DNA from: Bacteroidota bacterium
GTDB lineage: Bacteria; Bacteroidota; Bacteroidia; JAIBAJ01
Assembly: GCA_947475205.1 (NCBI GenBank)
Contig: CANJNG010000002.1
Location: 8,526 to 72,525, forward strand
Direction: 5' to 3'
DNA length: 64,000 nucleotides
Position 1 is the first letter of the stretch, and each line of letters starts with the position of its first letter. Position numbers and translations under genes: made by a program. This document shows, piece by piece, positions 27,516 through 38,196 of the stretch. The notes beneath the pieces were generated by a model, which did not search any database, was not told where the DNA came from, and worked only from the letters and a program-made list of their open reading frames with translations.

Positions 27516-29042
27516 TTAATCCTTGCCTTTCAATTGCATCAACACACTCCTCGAATCAGGAGATTCAAAAAGGATAGTAAATGAAATGTTTGTCTTTTTA
27601 AATTCATCTGCAAAGAACCTATCCAAGTAATAGTAGTTGCATTCAGGCACTATTACTTTCCGAATATCGAAGGGCATATTGGGATAGCAAATGTTATCTT
27701 TTCCATAATAATAGGGGTTGAGTTCTTCCAATCCAAGCGGATATTCCCAGCTATCGGCAATAACTTTCGGGTTCAGATTTATAAACCCAAGTTTCTGTTT
27801 ATAGAACGTAACCGATGGGTTATTAAAATAATCTATCCCTAAATTTACCTCTGCTAAATTCAATGATTCTAGGTGGAGCAGGGCGGCTTTAGTGCCACTA
27901 TCATACCGCCACGAATAGCAATGCGTAAAATTTATATTTGCTATAAAGTGTAATAGAAATACTATGGAGATACCTTGACTTATACTCCGGCTGCCTTTCC
28001 AATGGGTAGCACTTAATCCCAATATCAAATTCAATATCATTAAGGGATAAAAAAGTATGGCAGTTCGTTCAACGGGCAAAGGGGTTTGAAGAAGCAAATT
28101 CTGGGCGATTACGCTTAGCATGGAAAGCAGAAAAATCAGTGCTATGCCGCCAAAAATGTCAAGCTTCCGTTCTTTTAATATGATTAATAGTTTGAAAAGT
28201 GCTAAAGCTATTGATGCAAGGAATATAGCAGCAAAGAATATCTGTGCCGCATAGTTATACGCACTCATATATCCAAAGCAATTACCGAGGGAAAGTATGG
28301 TATCGGAAAAGAAGTTTTTATGTCCGCCGAAGTATAGGTGTCCGGCCTTTTTCAAAGCCAACATAAAGGAGAGGATGCTATACAGAAATGATATGGCGAG
28401 GCCAACTACACAAGCCACATACAGCAGTTTGTGTTTGTTCGGCAGTGAACTAATAGTAGCAATTACTACCAAAATAGCAAGGTATGGCAGGAAATAGTTT
28501 AGGAATGTGAAGTTTGCCATCACCGCCAATGCTGCCGAAACTATCCCGAAAAACGCCCAAAGAATTCGTGAGGTAGTTTGGAAATTGAGCAGACACGCCA
28601 AACTAAACAGCATAAGTCCCAGCCCTATTCCGTAACCTCTGGCAAGACTAAAGAAATCAATGACAAAAGGCATAGCGGTCAATAACACTATTGTTGGAAG
28701 TCTGAAACATGCCAGCAAGTGTTTTGAAATGCTGAAAGCTCCATAAAAATAGATTGGAAACGAAAGCACATTGGGAAACCGCAGTGCAAACTCCGAAAAG
28801 CCCAAACACGCATAACTAATCTTCATCAAATAAGTATTCAGAATATGGTTGTTTGCGTTTAGCCCAATACTTAAGGGGGAAAAATGCAGCATAGTGTTGT
28901 AGGACACTATTTCATCGTAGGTAAACGATAAGGCATTTGCCCGAATGGCTACGTAAGCCAACAAGAATATACCATACACTACCATTAAATATCCCGAATA
29001 GCTTTCGTTGCTTTCAAGTATTTTGGATAATGATTTTTTCAA
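27516..29042 (-). CDS. Polytopic membrane protein, GT-C-type glycosyltransferase-like (ArnT/PMT family resemblance)
   Basis: 508 aa, about 12 TM. A YDE motif in the first extracytoplasmic loop (LSFTYDEIVSY) is typical of GT39/GT83 enzymes. Confidence 0.4.
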   Translation of the reverse strand: MKKSLSKILESNESYSGYLMVVYGIFLLAYVAIRANALSFTYDEIVSYNTMLHFSPLSIGLNANNHILNTYLMKISYACLGFSEFALRFPNVLSFPIYFYGAFSISKHLLACFRLPTIVLLTAMPFVIDFFSLARGYGIGLGLMLFSLACLLNFQTTSRILWAFFGIVSAALAVMANFTFLNYFLPYLAILVVIATISSLPNKHKLLYVACVVGLAISFLYSILSFMLALKKAGHLYFGGHKNFFSDTILSLGNCFGYMSAYNYAAQIFFAAIFLASIALALFKLLIILKERKLDIFGGIALIFLLSMLSVIAQNLLLQTPLPVERTAILFYPLMILNLILGLSATHWKGSRSISQGISIVFLLHFIANINFTHCYSWRYDSGTKAALLHLESLNLAEVNLGIDYFNNPSVTFYKQKLGFINLNPKVIADSWEYPLGLEELNPYYYGKDNICYPNMPFDIRKVIVPECNYYYLDRFFADEFKKTNISFTILFESPDSRSVLMQLKGKD

Positions 29043-29089
29043 TTTAGATGGTGGCAGTTGCTGGTGTTGGGGAGGATATTTTCAGGGTT

Positions 29090-29449
29090 TTATTTTGGTG
29101 AATTCTGGGCTAGTTGGTCGAGGTAGTTGCGGAGTTCGTTTATGGTTTCGAGGGGTAGGCTTTTGAGGGTGGTGCCGAGGGGTGCTGATGTGTTTTTGTG
29201 GTTTAGTTTGTGAATGGGATGGGTAGAGGGAATGGTTGAATCTTTGGGTGGGGCAAAGGAAATGAGGTCGTTTGGGGTGCAGTTGAGGATGATGCATAGT
29301 TTTTCGAGGTTTCGATAACTAATGCCTTCTAGGGTGTTGTTTACGAGGCGGTGGGTGGTGTGGATGGTGAAGCCGTTTTTGCGAAGGAATTGATGTGGAT
29401 TATCAATACCACGCAGGTTGCAGACGTTTTTGATGTTAAGGTAGAGCAT
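29090..29449 (-). CDS. Helix-turn-helix (XRE-like) transcriptional regulator
   Basis: MLYLNIKNVCNLRGIDNPHQFL...LEGISYRNLEKLCIILNCTPNDLISF pattern of small Bacteroidetes HTH proteins. The coding strand is strongly A+C-rich (plus strand G+T-rich). Confidence 0.5.
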   Translation of the reverse strand: MLYLNIKNVCNLRGIDNPHQFLRKNGFTIHTTHRLVNNTLEGISYRNLEKLCIILNCTPNDLISFAPPKDSTIPSTHPIHKLNHKNTSAPLGTTLKSLPLETINELRNYLDQLAQNSPK

Positions 29450-29979
29450 GAGGATGGTAAGTATTATGGATTAGTGTTGCGAAATTAGAAAAAATTATTT
29501 AATTATCAGTAATAGCTATATGTGAGTTAGAAAATTATATTTGAGAAATAGAAATAAGGATATGAGAAGTAGAATATAGTATTAATGAATTAGAAACTAG
29601 GATGTGATACTGAGAAAGAAGTATTTGATATTTAGTAAATATGATTCGATACTGAGAAAAAGTATCGTTAAAAGTAGAAATGAAGATTTAAATACTAGAA
29701 AATAGTATTGAATAATCGGAAAATCATAATTGTTGTGGGACTAAAGGAAAGCTGGGACTAAAAAGACTTCAGCTTGTGGAGTTTAGCTGCCGCCGGAGGG
29801 GTATTTCAGCAACCGTTAGTTTGAAATGCTGCCCTTTCGGCCTAGCCCTAATAGGAGTGGAAAGCCCGAAGTGGGTTTGGCTTGTGGGCCTGGCGGACTT
29901 GGAACGGATAGCGGGACCCAAACGTTGGCTTGAAATGCTAACGTTTCTGCTCCAAAATAAAAAAGAAATTCGGGTTGGT

Positions 29980-31632
29980 TTATTTCACTTCTAACCTGAA
30001 TTTCCTCGCTGTATCTTTCGCAATATCGTAACCTGCATCGGCGTGGCGGATTACGCCCATTGCGGGGTCGTTATGCAGTACACGTTTGAGGCGGCGGGCA
30101 GCATCATCGGTACCATCGGCCACTATCACCATTCCGGCATGAATAGAATATCCTATTCCAACCCCGCCACCGTGGTGCAACGATACCCAGCTTGCTCCTC
30201 CGGCGGTGTTAATTAAAGCATTTAACACAGGCCAGTCGGCAATGGCATCGGAGCCATCCATCATGGCTTCGGTTTCACGGTTTGGTGATGCTACGGAACC
30301 GGTGTCTAAATGGTCGCGGCCAATAACAAGGGGTGCTTTTACTTTTCCGGTTCTTACTAATTCGTTGAAGGCTAATCCGGCTTTTTCGCGTTCGCCCATT
30401 CCAAGCCAGCATATACGGGCCGGAAGACCTTGAAATGCAATACGCTCTTGAGCCATGGTTATCCAGCGGCGTAAGCCCTCGTTTTCGGGGAAAAGCTCGA
30501 GGATGAGTTTATCGGTTTCGTAAATATCCTGTGGGTCGCCGCTTAGAGCCGCCCAACGGAAAGGTCCTTTTCCTTCACAAAACAGCGGACGGATATAGGC
30601 GGGAACAAAGCCGGGGAAATCGAAGGCGTTTTTAACTCCGTTGGCGAATGCCTGGCCACGAAGGTTGTTGCCATAATCGAAGGTAATAGCCCCGCGTTTT
30701 TGGATTTCCAACATCAACTCTATATGCTTGCACATACTTTGCAAACTCAAGGAAATATACTGATCCGGGTTAGCCTCACGAAGTGCCTTCCCTTCCGAAA
30801 CGGTTAATCCCTGAGGTAAATACCCCACTAATTCATCGTGGGCCGAAGTTTGGTCGGTAAGTACATCGGGGGTTATGTTTCGGTCAATCATCCGCTGCAA
30901 TAGGTCGATGGCATTGCAAAGTACCCCTATACTGAGGTTTTTGCCTTCCTTTTTGTAGAGTAAAGCCTTATCAATGGCTTCATCAATGTTGTAAGAAATT
31001 TCATCGAGGTAACGAGTTTCCAATCGCTTTTGAATCCGCCATTCTTCCACTTCGGCAGCTAGGCAAACTCCTTCATTCATCGTTACCGCTAAAGGTTGAG
31101 CTCCACCCATTCCGCCCAAACCTGCCGTAACGGTGAGCGTCCCTTTCAGGCTTCCGTTGTAGTGTTTTCGAGCTAATTCGCCAAAGGTTTCATATGTTCC
31201 CTGCACAATACCCTGCGACCCGATGTAAATCCAGGAACCGGCAGTCATTTGGCCATACATGGTTAAACCCTTTTTCTCCAATTCGCGAAACTTCTCCCAA
31301 GTGGCCCAATGTGGAACCAACATAGAATTAGAAATTAATACTCGTGGAGCATCTTTATGAGTAGGTAAAATCCCAACCGGTTTGCCGCTTTGAATTAGCA
31401 AAGTCTCATCCTCGTTAAGTTCCTTTAGCGATTTAACGATGAGATGAAACGCTTCGTGATTGCGAGCTGCTTTGCCTGTGCCACCATACACAATCAAATC
31501 TTCGGGTCGCTCGGCCACATCAGGGTCGAGATTGTTATGAAGCATACGCAGTGCGGCTTCTTGCGTCCAGCCTTTACAGTTTAAAGTTGTCCCGGTGGGA
31601 GTTGGCGGTATTTTGGTGGCAGTTGTGGACAT
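29980..31632 (-). CDS. hutU: Urocanate hydratase
   Basis: 550 aa with urocanase-typical length and conserved blocks ([29 protein letters not shown]-like). Confidence 0.9.
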   Translation of the reverse strand: MSTTATKIPPTPTGTTLNCKGWTQEAALRMLHNNLDPDVAERPEDLIVYGGTGKAARNHEAFHLIVKSLKELNEDETLLIQSGKPVGILPTHKDAPRVLISNSMLVPHWATWEKFRELEKKGLTMYGQMTAGSWIYIGSQGIVQGTYETFGELARKHYNGSLKGTLTVTAGLGGMGGAQPLAVTMNEGVCLAAEVEEWRIQKRLETRYLDEISYNIDEAIDKALLYKKEGKNLSIGVLCNAIDLLQRMIDRNITPDVLTDQTSAHDELVGYLPQGLTVSEGKALREANPDQYISLSLQSMCKHIELMLEIQKRGAITFDYGNNLRGQAFANGVKNAFDFPGFVPAYIRPLFCEGKGPFRWAALSGDPQDIYETDKLILELFPENEGLRRWITMAQERIAFQGLPARICWLGMGEREKAGLAFNELVRTGKVKAPLVIGRDHLDTGSVASPNRETEAMMDGSDAIADWPVLNALINTAGGASWVSLHHGGGVGIGYSIHAGMVIVADGTDDAARRLKRVLHNDPAMGVIRHADAGYDIAKDTARKFRLEVK

Positions 31633-31812
31633 ATAAATCGCTTAAAATTGAATTGGCAATATTATAGCAAATGTATTTTCGATGTGAGGGTGGGATAAAA
31701 TAGCAAATTCCTCTTTTATTAAAGGTAACTTAACCGAATACAGTATAGAGATTGAAACCTTTTACCACATCATAGCTGTATAAGTCCCCACTTTCTTTTT
31801 GAGATAGCCATT

Positions 31813-33096
31813 ATGACTTATACCCCACAACTCGGAAACCAGCTTCATAAAATCATACTCAACAAAAATTTAGATGGCATTTTTGTGTTTAACCAAAACT
31901 GTGAAATACAGGTTTGGAACGAAGCTATGGAGCAAGTTTCAGGGTTGAAAGCTGAGTATGTAATTAATAAAAACCTATTTGAAGTATGTGCTTTTATGAA
32001 GCAAATCGACGAATTCGCTTTCATCTCAAAAGCACTTCAGGGAGCAGAATCACTATCGAAAAACAGACCCTTTCTTTTTCCGGCCTCTAATACACAAGGT
32101 TATTTTGAAGGAAATTATTTTCCAGCAATAAACGAAGCGGGAGAAACTACCGAGGTAATTTGTTTCTTCAAAGACACTACCGAAACCAGCCAGTTTGACG
32201 AAAATCTTATCACCCTTACGGAAAAACTTCGAGATAAATTAAATGAACGTACCGACCAACTCCTGAAAGCTAATATGGAACTTCGGGAAGAGGTGAAACG
32301 CCGCAAACACTTTGGCTATGAAGCTCTGCTGAAAAATATCGAACTGACCGATAGCATTGTGTATGCTAAAGAAATTCAACAGGCCATTTTGCCACCTATC
32401 CGCAATATGCAAAATGCTTTTGAGGATATGTTTGTGTTCTTCAAACCGCGGGACATTGTAAGTGGCGATTTTTACTGGTTCGAAAAGCGGGACAATTATG
32501 CCTACATGGCTGCTGTAGATTGCACCGGACATGGAGTTCCCGGAGCTTTAATAAGTATCTTAGGTTTCAATGCACTGAATCAGGCCGTAAACGAACATCA
32601 TCTCACCCATCCCGGTGACATTTTAGAATATCTCAACACTTCAGTTTCCAACGTGTTTCAAGCTACAAAGGGTGCAGTGCGTGATGGAATGGATATTTCT
32701 CTGGTTCGCTACGATATTTCCTCCCGGACACTGGAGTTTGCAGGAGCTTACAATCCGCTATTTATTGTTAAGAATAATGGTGATTTGCAAAAAATTAGAG
32801 GCGACCGCTACCCCATAGGCCCAATGAATGATTTGGAAAGCAAAACTTTTACTAACCATAAAATAAAACTCGAACGTGGCGATTGTTTCTATATCTTCTC
32901 TGACGGTTACGCCGACCAATTTGGTGGACCGCAGGGTAAAAAGATGAAATATTCGATATTTCGCAAACTGCTTACCGAAAACTACAGACGCCCAATGGAA
33001 GAACAGGGTGAAATAGTGGAGAAAACTATTCGCTACTGGCAAGGGGACCTCGAACAAGTGGACGATATGCTACTTATTGGTGTTAGGATTGAGTAG
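31813..33096 (+). CDS. PAS-domain-containing PP2C-type (SpoIIE/RsbU-like) protein phosphatase
   Basis: N-terminal PAS-like region. C-terminal GDFYWF...DCTGHGVPGALISILG...FYIFSDGYADQFGG blocks (PP2C metal-binding motifs). Confidence 0.7.
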   Translation: MTYTPQLGNQLHKIILNKNLDGIFVFNQNCEIQVWNEAMEQVSGLKAEYVINKNLFEVCAFMKQIDEFAFISKALQGAESLSKNRPFLFPASNTQGYFEGNYFPAINEAGETTEVICFFKDTTETSQFDENLITLTEKLRDKLNERTDQLLKANMELREEVKRRKHFGYEALLKNIELTDSIVYAKEIQQAILPPIRNMQNAFEDMFVFFKPRDIVSGDFYWFEKRDNYAYMAAVDCTGHGVPGALISILGFNALNQAVNEHHLTHPGDILEYLNTSVSNVFQATKGAVRDGMDISLVRYDISSRTLEFAGAYNPLFIVKNNGDLQKIRGDRYPIGPMNDLESKTFTNHKIKLERGDCFYIFSDGYADQFGGPQGKKMKYSIFRKLLTENYRRPMEEQGEIVEKTIRYWQGDLEQVDDMLLIGVRIE

Positions 33097-33183
33097 TGTT
33101 CAGAGTATTTGGCAGGAATTAAATTGTAAGTACTTTTGAGGGTTGCAAAATCGTAAATCCCAAATCTAAAATCGTAAATTCTT

Positions 33184-33897
33184 GTGGCTGAAAAAGTAAA
33201 TCTCGAAAACATTCTTTTTCTTGATATTGAAACAGTGCCATTAGAAAAAAACTTTGCCGATACCGATGAAACTACCCAATTATTGTGGGAAAAGAAATCA
33301 ACTCAATTTAGAAAAGAAGGTCAAACGGCAGCGGAGGTTTATCAACGTGCCGGAATTTATGCCGAGTTTGGCCGGGTATTGGTCATTTCCTGTGGATTTT
33401 TTTACTATTCCAAAGACAGAGGCGGCGTTTTCAGAGTGAAATCGTTTTATGGTGATGACGAAAAAGTTGTGCTAAAGGAATTCTGTGAAACTCTTTCTAA
33501 GCTAAACAACTTTATTCTTTGTGCTCACAATGGCAAAGAGTTCGACTTCCCTTTTTTAGCTCGACGCATATTAATCAATAGGCAAAAGTTGCCGCCACAA
33601 CTTAACATTGCTGGGAAAAAACCTTGGGAAATCCCACATCTGGACACTATGGAAATGTGGAAGTTTGGCGATTATAAAAACTTCACTTCATTAGCAGTTC
33701 TGTCTTATGTTTTTGGTTTGCCATCTTCTAAAGATGATATTGACGGAAGCCAGGTGGCTGATATTTATTACCAAACCGGCGATATAAAACGAATAACCAA
33801 ATATTGCGAAAAAGATATGATTGCTGTTGCCCGTATCTTTCAATGTATGCGTGGCGAAAACCCTTTAAAGGATGATGATTTAGAGTTTACTGAGTGA
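33184..33897 (+). CDS. Predicted 3'-5' exonuclease (RNase H-like/DEDD fold), GTG start
   Basis: ILFLDIETVP (Exo I D-x-E) and a later CAHNGKEFDFPFL block. Confidence 0.5.
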   Translation: MAEKVNLENILFLDIETVPLEKNFADTDETTQLLWEKKSTQFRKEGQTAAEVYQRAGIYAEFGRVLVISCGFFYYSKDRGGVFRVKSFYGDDEKVVLKEFCETLSKLNNFILCAHNGKEFDFPFLARRILINRQKLPPQLNIAGKKPWEIPHLDTMEMWKFGDYKNFTSLAVLSYVFGLPSSKDDIDGSQVADIYYQTGDIKRITKYCEKDMIAVARIFQCMRGENPLKDDDLEFTE

Positions 33898-33987
33898 GCT
33901 GTAAAACTGTAGTTTTGCATTAACACCTTTTTTGACCACGATTTCCAGAATAGCTTTCTAAATTTGCGGCCATCCGAAAATTAATTT

Positions 33988-35265
33988 ATGAAAATTGTTA
34001 CAAATATCTGCCGCTCATTAGTTGGCTTTTTATTCATTTTCTCAGGCTTAATTAAAGCAAACGACCCCTTGGGGTTTTCCTACAAACTGGGCGAGTATTT
34101 CGAGAAGTTTCAAACGGAGTTTTCTTTTGCTGCTCCTGTTTTTGAGTTAATGCACGAATTTGCTTTGCCTCTCGCCATGTTTTTGGTAGTGCTTGAAATT
34201 GTGTTGGGCGTGGCTGTAATTACAGGCTATATGATGAAACTCACCACTTGGTTATTGCTTCTGCTTATCTTGTTCTTTACCGGCTTAACCTTTGTTTCAG
34301 CACAGTTTCATTGGGTTACATCGTGCGGATGTTTTGGCGATGCAATTCCGCTTACACCTTGGGAATCGTTTACAAAGGATGTGGTACTGTTAGTTCTTAC
34401 GCTTGTTATTTTCTCGCAGAAAAATAAAATTGAGGCTAATGAAATTGATACTCCTCAGTATGTATTCTTTATCGCCTGTTTAGCCTTTCTCACTTGGCTT
34501 TCCACTATTTTAGAATGGAGTGCTCCAGTGATTTATCCGGCTATTTTGACCTTGATTTATGTGCTAAGCAACAAATTCATTAAAGAGAAATCGGCAATGA
34601 TTACCACGGCTTTATCGTTACTCACCTCAGTTTTATTTACCTACCACGCTTACGCACATTTGCCCTTTAAAGATTTCAGAGCTTATGCAGTTGGTAAGAA
34701 TATTCCCGAGCAGACACAGGGCGTTCCAGACCAATTGAAATATTTCTATCGTTTGAAAGATAAGAAAACTGGGGAGATTAAAGAGTTTGAAAAATTCCCC
34801 GAAAACTATGAAGCTACCTTTGATTATGTGGATTTCAGAACAGAAGTGATGGTAAAAGGCATAGAAGCCAAAATTCATGATTTTGTATTGATGAGTGCCG
34901 ATGGTGCTGAATATACAGGTGATGTGCTTGAAAACCCGGATGTGAGTTTTTTAATAGTGGCTTACGATTTAGATAAAACAAATCAGGATATCCAAGCAAG
35001 CATTAAAACCTTTACAGATGAGGCAACTAAAAAGAATATTATGGTAAAGGGCTTAACCGCCAGCACTAAAGACCAAGTTAAAGCCCTTCAAACCAAATAT
35101 GCCCAAACCTTTGAGTATTACTACTGCGATGGAGTAACGCTCAAGACGATTGTTCGCTCAAATCCCGGCTTGGTAATGCTAAAGAACGGGAATGTACTTG
35201 GGCAATGGCATCACAACGATTTCCCGGGTTTTGAAGAGGCGATGAAGGCTGGGGCGGGGAAATAG
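33988..35265 (+). CDS. DoxX-like membrane protein with C-terminal extracytoplasmic domain
   Basis: N-terminal DoxX-like TM bundle (MKIVTNICRSLVGFLFIFSGLIKANDPLGF), several further TM helices, and a soluble C-terminal half. Confidence 0.4.
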   Translation: MKIVTNICRSLVGFLFIFSGLIKANDPLGFSYKLGEYFEKFQTEFSFAAPVFELMHEFALPLAMFLVVLEIVLGVAVITGYMMKLTTWLLLLLILFFTGLTFVSAQFHWVTSCGCFGDAIPLTPWESFTKDVVLLVLTLVIFSQKNKIEANEIDTPQYVFFIACLAFLTWLSTILEWSAPVIYPAILTLIYVLSNKFIKEKSAMITTALSLLTSVLFTYHAYAHLPFKDFRAYAVGKNIPEQTQGVPDQLKYFYRLKDKKTGEIKEFEKFPENYEATFDYVDFRTEVMVKGIEAKIHDFVLMSADGAEYTGDVLENPDVSFLIVAYDLDKTNQDIQASIKTFTDEATKKNIMVKGLTASTKDQVKALQTKYAQTFEYYYCDGVTLKTIVRSNPGLVMLKNGNVLGQWHHNDFPGFEEAMKAGAGK

Positions 35266-35304
35266 AGTTGTGAATTGAAGGTTGTAGGCAATTTTATCTA
35301 AACT

Positions 35305-36840
35305 TCAATTCATTAACTTCCAACACTCCCCTACTCTACTCTTTGCTTCATTGGCTCCAAGTAACAGTATTAAATCTGGGACACCAGGCCCAGACAATTC
35401 TCCAACTATGCTTATTCGAAGGAATTTCATGAACTCGCCAATTTTTAAATTTTGGGCAGTGGCTACTTCTTTCAAAGATGCTTCAAGGTTTGCAGCATCG
35501 GTTATGTCTCTTCCAATCACATCCAGAATAGCATTAATGGCTTCCTCCGTAATTGTTTTGGAAATTTTAGCTAGATTCTCGGCAGTGTAATTCGGTGACA
35601 CAAAAAAGAAACTTCCTTTTGTAGCTATTTCGCTAACGAATGTTACCCTGTCTTTCATCATCCGGCATACCTCAACTACAAACTCATCTTTAAATTCTTT
35701 ATCGTTAAAGGTTTTAAGAAGAATAGGTTTAAGCAATTCGGCTAATTCTGCATCAGGTTTTTCTTTCAAATATTGCTCATTAAACCACTTCGCTTTTTCG
35801 GGATTAAACTTTGCACCTGCTTTATGAACGTGTTCAAACGAAAAGTTGGCTATCAGTTCTTCCATCGAGAAAATTTCCTTTTCACCTTCCATATTCCAGC
35901 CCAATAGTGCAAGCATGTTCACCACCGCTTCAGGGAAATAGCCTGTTTCACGATATCCCGATGATATTTCGCCAGATGATGGGTCTTTCCATTCCAACGG
36001 AAACACCGAAAAGCCTAATCTGTCGCCATCGCGTTTGCTTAGTTTGCCATTGCCATCGGGTTTGAGCAGCAAAGGCAAATGAGCATATTGAGGCATTTTA
36101 TCCTCCCAGCCCAAATATCTGTATATCAAAATATGCGACGGGGCTGATGGCAACCATTCTTCTCCTCTAACAGCGTGAGTAATGTCCATCAATACATCGT
36201 CCACAATGTGTGCTAAATGATACGTTGGCATCCCGTCGGATTTCAGCAGCACCTTATCATCAACCACATCTGAATTGAACACTACTTCGCCACGAATTAC
36301 ATCTGTAAAACGTATTTCTTCACCGGCCGGAACCTTTAACCGAACAACAAAGGGTTCGCCATTGGCTATTTTCTGCTTCCATTCTTCTTCGGGAAGGCTC
36401 AAACTATTCTTCATTTCTCCACGGGTAGCATGACTGTATTGTTGAATTGAGGCTTTTGCAATTTCCAATTTCTTTCGCATTGCATCCAACTCTTCGGCAG
36501 TATCGAAAGCGTAATAAGCATTTCCCGAAGCCACCAACTGGTCGGCGTACTTTTGATAAACGCCTAACTCTTTGCGTTCGCTTTGACGGTAGGGGGTATA
36601 TTCTCCGCCAATACCGGGACCTTCGTCAGGATGAATTCCACACCAAGCCAAACTTTTTACAATATACGCTTCAGCACCTTCTACATAACGATTCTGATCG
36701 GTGTCTTCAATTCGGAGAATGAAATCTCCCCCGTGTTTTTTAGCAAATAAATAATTGTACAATGCACTGCGAACCCCGCCAATGTGCAGAGGTCCAGTTG
36801 GGCTGGGGGCAAATCGTAATCTTACTTTTCTGTTTTCCAT
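35305..36840 (-). CDS. gltX: Glutamate--tRNA ligase
   Basis: RFAPSPTGPLHIGGVRSALYNYLFAKKHGGDFILRIEDTD (HIGH region) and KLSKR (KMSKS-type) motif. Confidence 0.9.
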   Translation of the reverse strand: MENRKVRLRFAPSPTGPLHIGGVRSALYNYLFAKKHGGDFILRIEDTDQNRYVEGAEAYIVKSLAWCGIHPDEGPGIGGEYTPYRQSERKELGVYQKYADQLVASGNAYYAFDTAEELDAMRKKLEIAKASIQQYSHATRGEMKNSLSLPEEEWKQKIANGEPFVVRLKVPAGEEIRFTDVIRGEVVFNSDVVDDKVLLKSDGMPTYHLAHIVDDVLMDITHAVRGEEWLPSAPSHILIYRYLGWEDKMPQYAHLPLLLKPDGNGKLSKRDGDRLGFSVFPLEWKDPSSGEISSGYRETGYFPEAVVNMLALLGWNMEGEKEIFSMEELIANFSFEHVHKAGAKFNPEKAKWFNEQYLKEKPDAELAELLKPILLKTFNDKEFKDEFVVEVCRMMKDRVTFVSEIATKGSFFFVSPNYTAENLAKISKTITEEAINAILDVIGRDITDAANLEASLKEVATAQNLKIGEFMKFLRISIVGELSGPGVPDLILLLGANEAKSRVGECWKLMN

Positions 36841-36919
36841 TTTCGGTGCGAAAGTAAGGGATTCGATAATTAGGGATGCCAGCTAAATAACCAATGCATT
36901 TATAGATTAGCCTTAATGT

Positions 36920-36991
36920 GAGCCGAATAATTCCCTTAATCGGCTCAGAATATTATTTACTTTTGAGCCGAATAGAACTTATAATCGGCTC
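36920..36991. promoter_or_regulatory. Two tandem near-identical palindromes (GAGCCGAATA-N7-TAATCGGCTC) in the gltX/fic divergent region, the second ending 1 nt before the fic ATG
   Basis: gagccgaataattcccttaatcggctc at 36920-36946 and gagccgaatagaacttataatcggctc at 36965-36991. Confidence 0.5.
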
Positions 36992-38095
36992 ATGAAATAT
37001 AATTGGCAACAAAAAGACTGGCCTGAATTCGGATATAACCTCAGTGGAATTGAGGACATTCTCTTTGCATTTGCCGAAGAAACCGGGCATATAAGCGGTT
37101 TGTTAAAAGCTTTGCCGGAAGAGAGCCAAGCCGATGCCATTCTCAATATGATGGTGGCCGAGGCGATTAAAACATCAGAAATTGAAGGAGAGTATTTTAG
37201 CCGGGAAGATGTTGTTTCGTCCATTAGAAATAACCTAGGGCTAAACAAACATCCCGATAAGGTAAAGGATAAGAAAGCACAAGGTGCGGGTGAATTGATG
37301 GTTGCAGTTCGCAATAGCTACGCCGATTCCTTAACTGAAAAAACACTTTTCGCATGGCACGAAATGCTTTTAAGGCAAAGTAAAGGAATAAGTCTTGGGA
37401 AATGGAGACAACACGAAGCCCCTATGCAGGTAATATCAGGAGTGATAGGAAAGGAAAAGGTTCATTTTGAAGCCCCTCCTTCCATAAATATTCCGCAGGA
37501 AATGCAACAGTTTATTCGTTGGTTTAACGATACCGCTCCCGGTGGAAAGAAAGAAATCAAAAAAGCTCCTGTTCGTTCAGCAATAGCACATTTATATTTT
37601 GAATCCATACACCCGTTTGAAGATGGAAACGGACGAATAGGGAGGGCTTTAGCAGTAAAGGCATTCTCGCAAACACTTGGGCGGCCTGTAATGTTGAGCC
37701 TGTCGCAAACCATAGAAGCTGATAAAAACGCATATTACTCAGCTTTGGAAACAGCACAGCAAAGCAACAAGATAACAGGGTGGCTTCACTATTTTGTAAA
37801 CGTGGTATTAACCGCACAGATACATGCCAAACAATTAGTGGACTTTACACTTAGGAAAGCAAAATATTTCGACAAGTTTAAAGCAAAACTGAATAATCGC
37901 CAACTAAAAGTAATCAATAGAATGCTTAAAGAAGAGCCAAAAGGATTCCAAGGAGGGATGACCGCTCAAAAATATATTTCCATTACCTCTGCATCGAAAC
38001 CAACTGCTACACGAGATTTGCAAGCCTTAGCTGATATGGGAGCATTAATAGTAGAAGGCGGAGGAAGGAGTACACGATATGTTTTGGGGATTTAG
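36992..38095 (+). CDS. Fic-family protein (AMPylation/filamentation domain) with N-terminal DUF4172-like region
   Basis: Canonical Fic motif HPFEDGNGRIGRAL. Confidence 0.75.
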   Translation: MKYNWQQKDWPEFGYNLSGIEDILFAFAEETGHISGLLKALPEESQADAILNMMVAEAIKTSEIEGEYFSREDVVSSIRNNLGLNKHPDKVKDKKAQGAGELMVAVRNSYADSLTEKTLFAWHEMLLRQSKGISLGKWRQHEAPMQVISGVIGKEKVHFEAPPSINIPQEMQQFIRWFNDTAPGGKKEIKKAPVRSAIAHLYFESIHPFEDGNGRIGRALAVKAFSQTLGRPVMLSLSQTIEADKNAYYSALETAQQSNKITGWLHYFVNVVLTAQIHAKQLVDFTLRKAKYFDKFKAKLNNRQLKVINRMLKEEPKGFQGGMTAQKYISITSASKPTATRDLQALADMGALIVEGGGRSTRYVLGI

Positions 38096-38196
38096 ATGTA
38101 ATACTTCTGATTTGACTTCTTTGATATCAGCTTATAAACCCAAAGGTTAAATAATCCTATGGCAGCCTCACTCAAATTAGCCAACTGATTACAAAT

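Noticed and set aside
29776-29994. 72-aa plus-strand ORF and the Pro/His-rich minus-strand ORF 29082-29297
   Set aside because: Both lie in compositionally skewed DNA where random ORFs are expected. Low-complexity translations. The 29082-29297 frame overlaps the more plausible XRE-like gene out of frame.
29980-31632. hutU without adjacent hutH, hutI or hutG
   Set aside because: Histidine-utilisation genes are frequently scattered. This is not evidence of anything unusual by itself.
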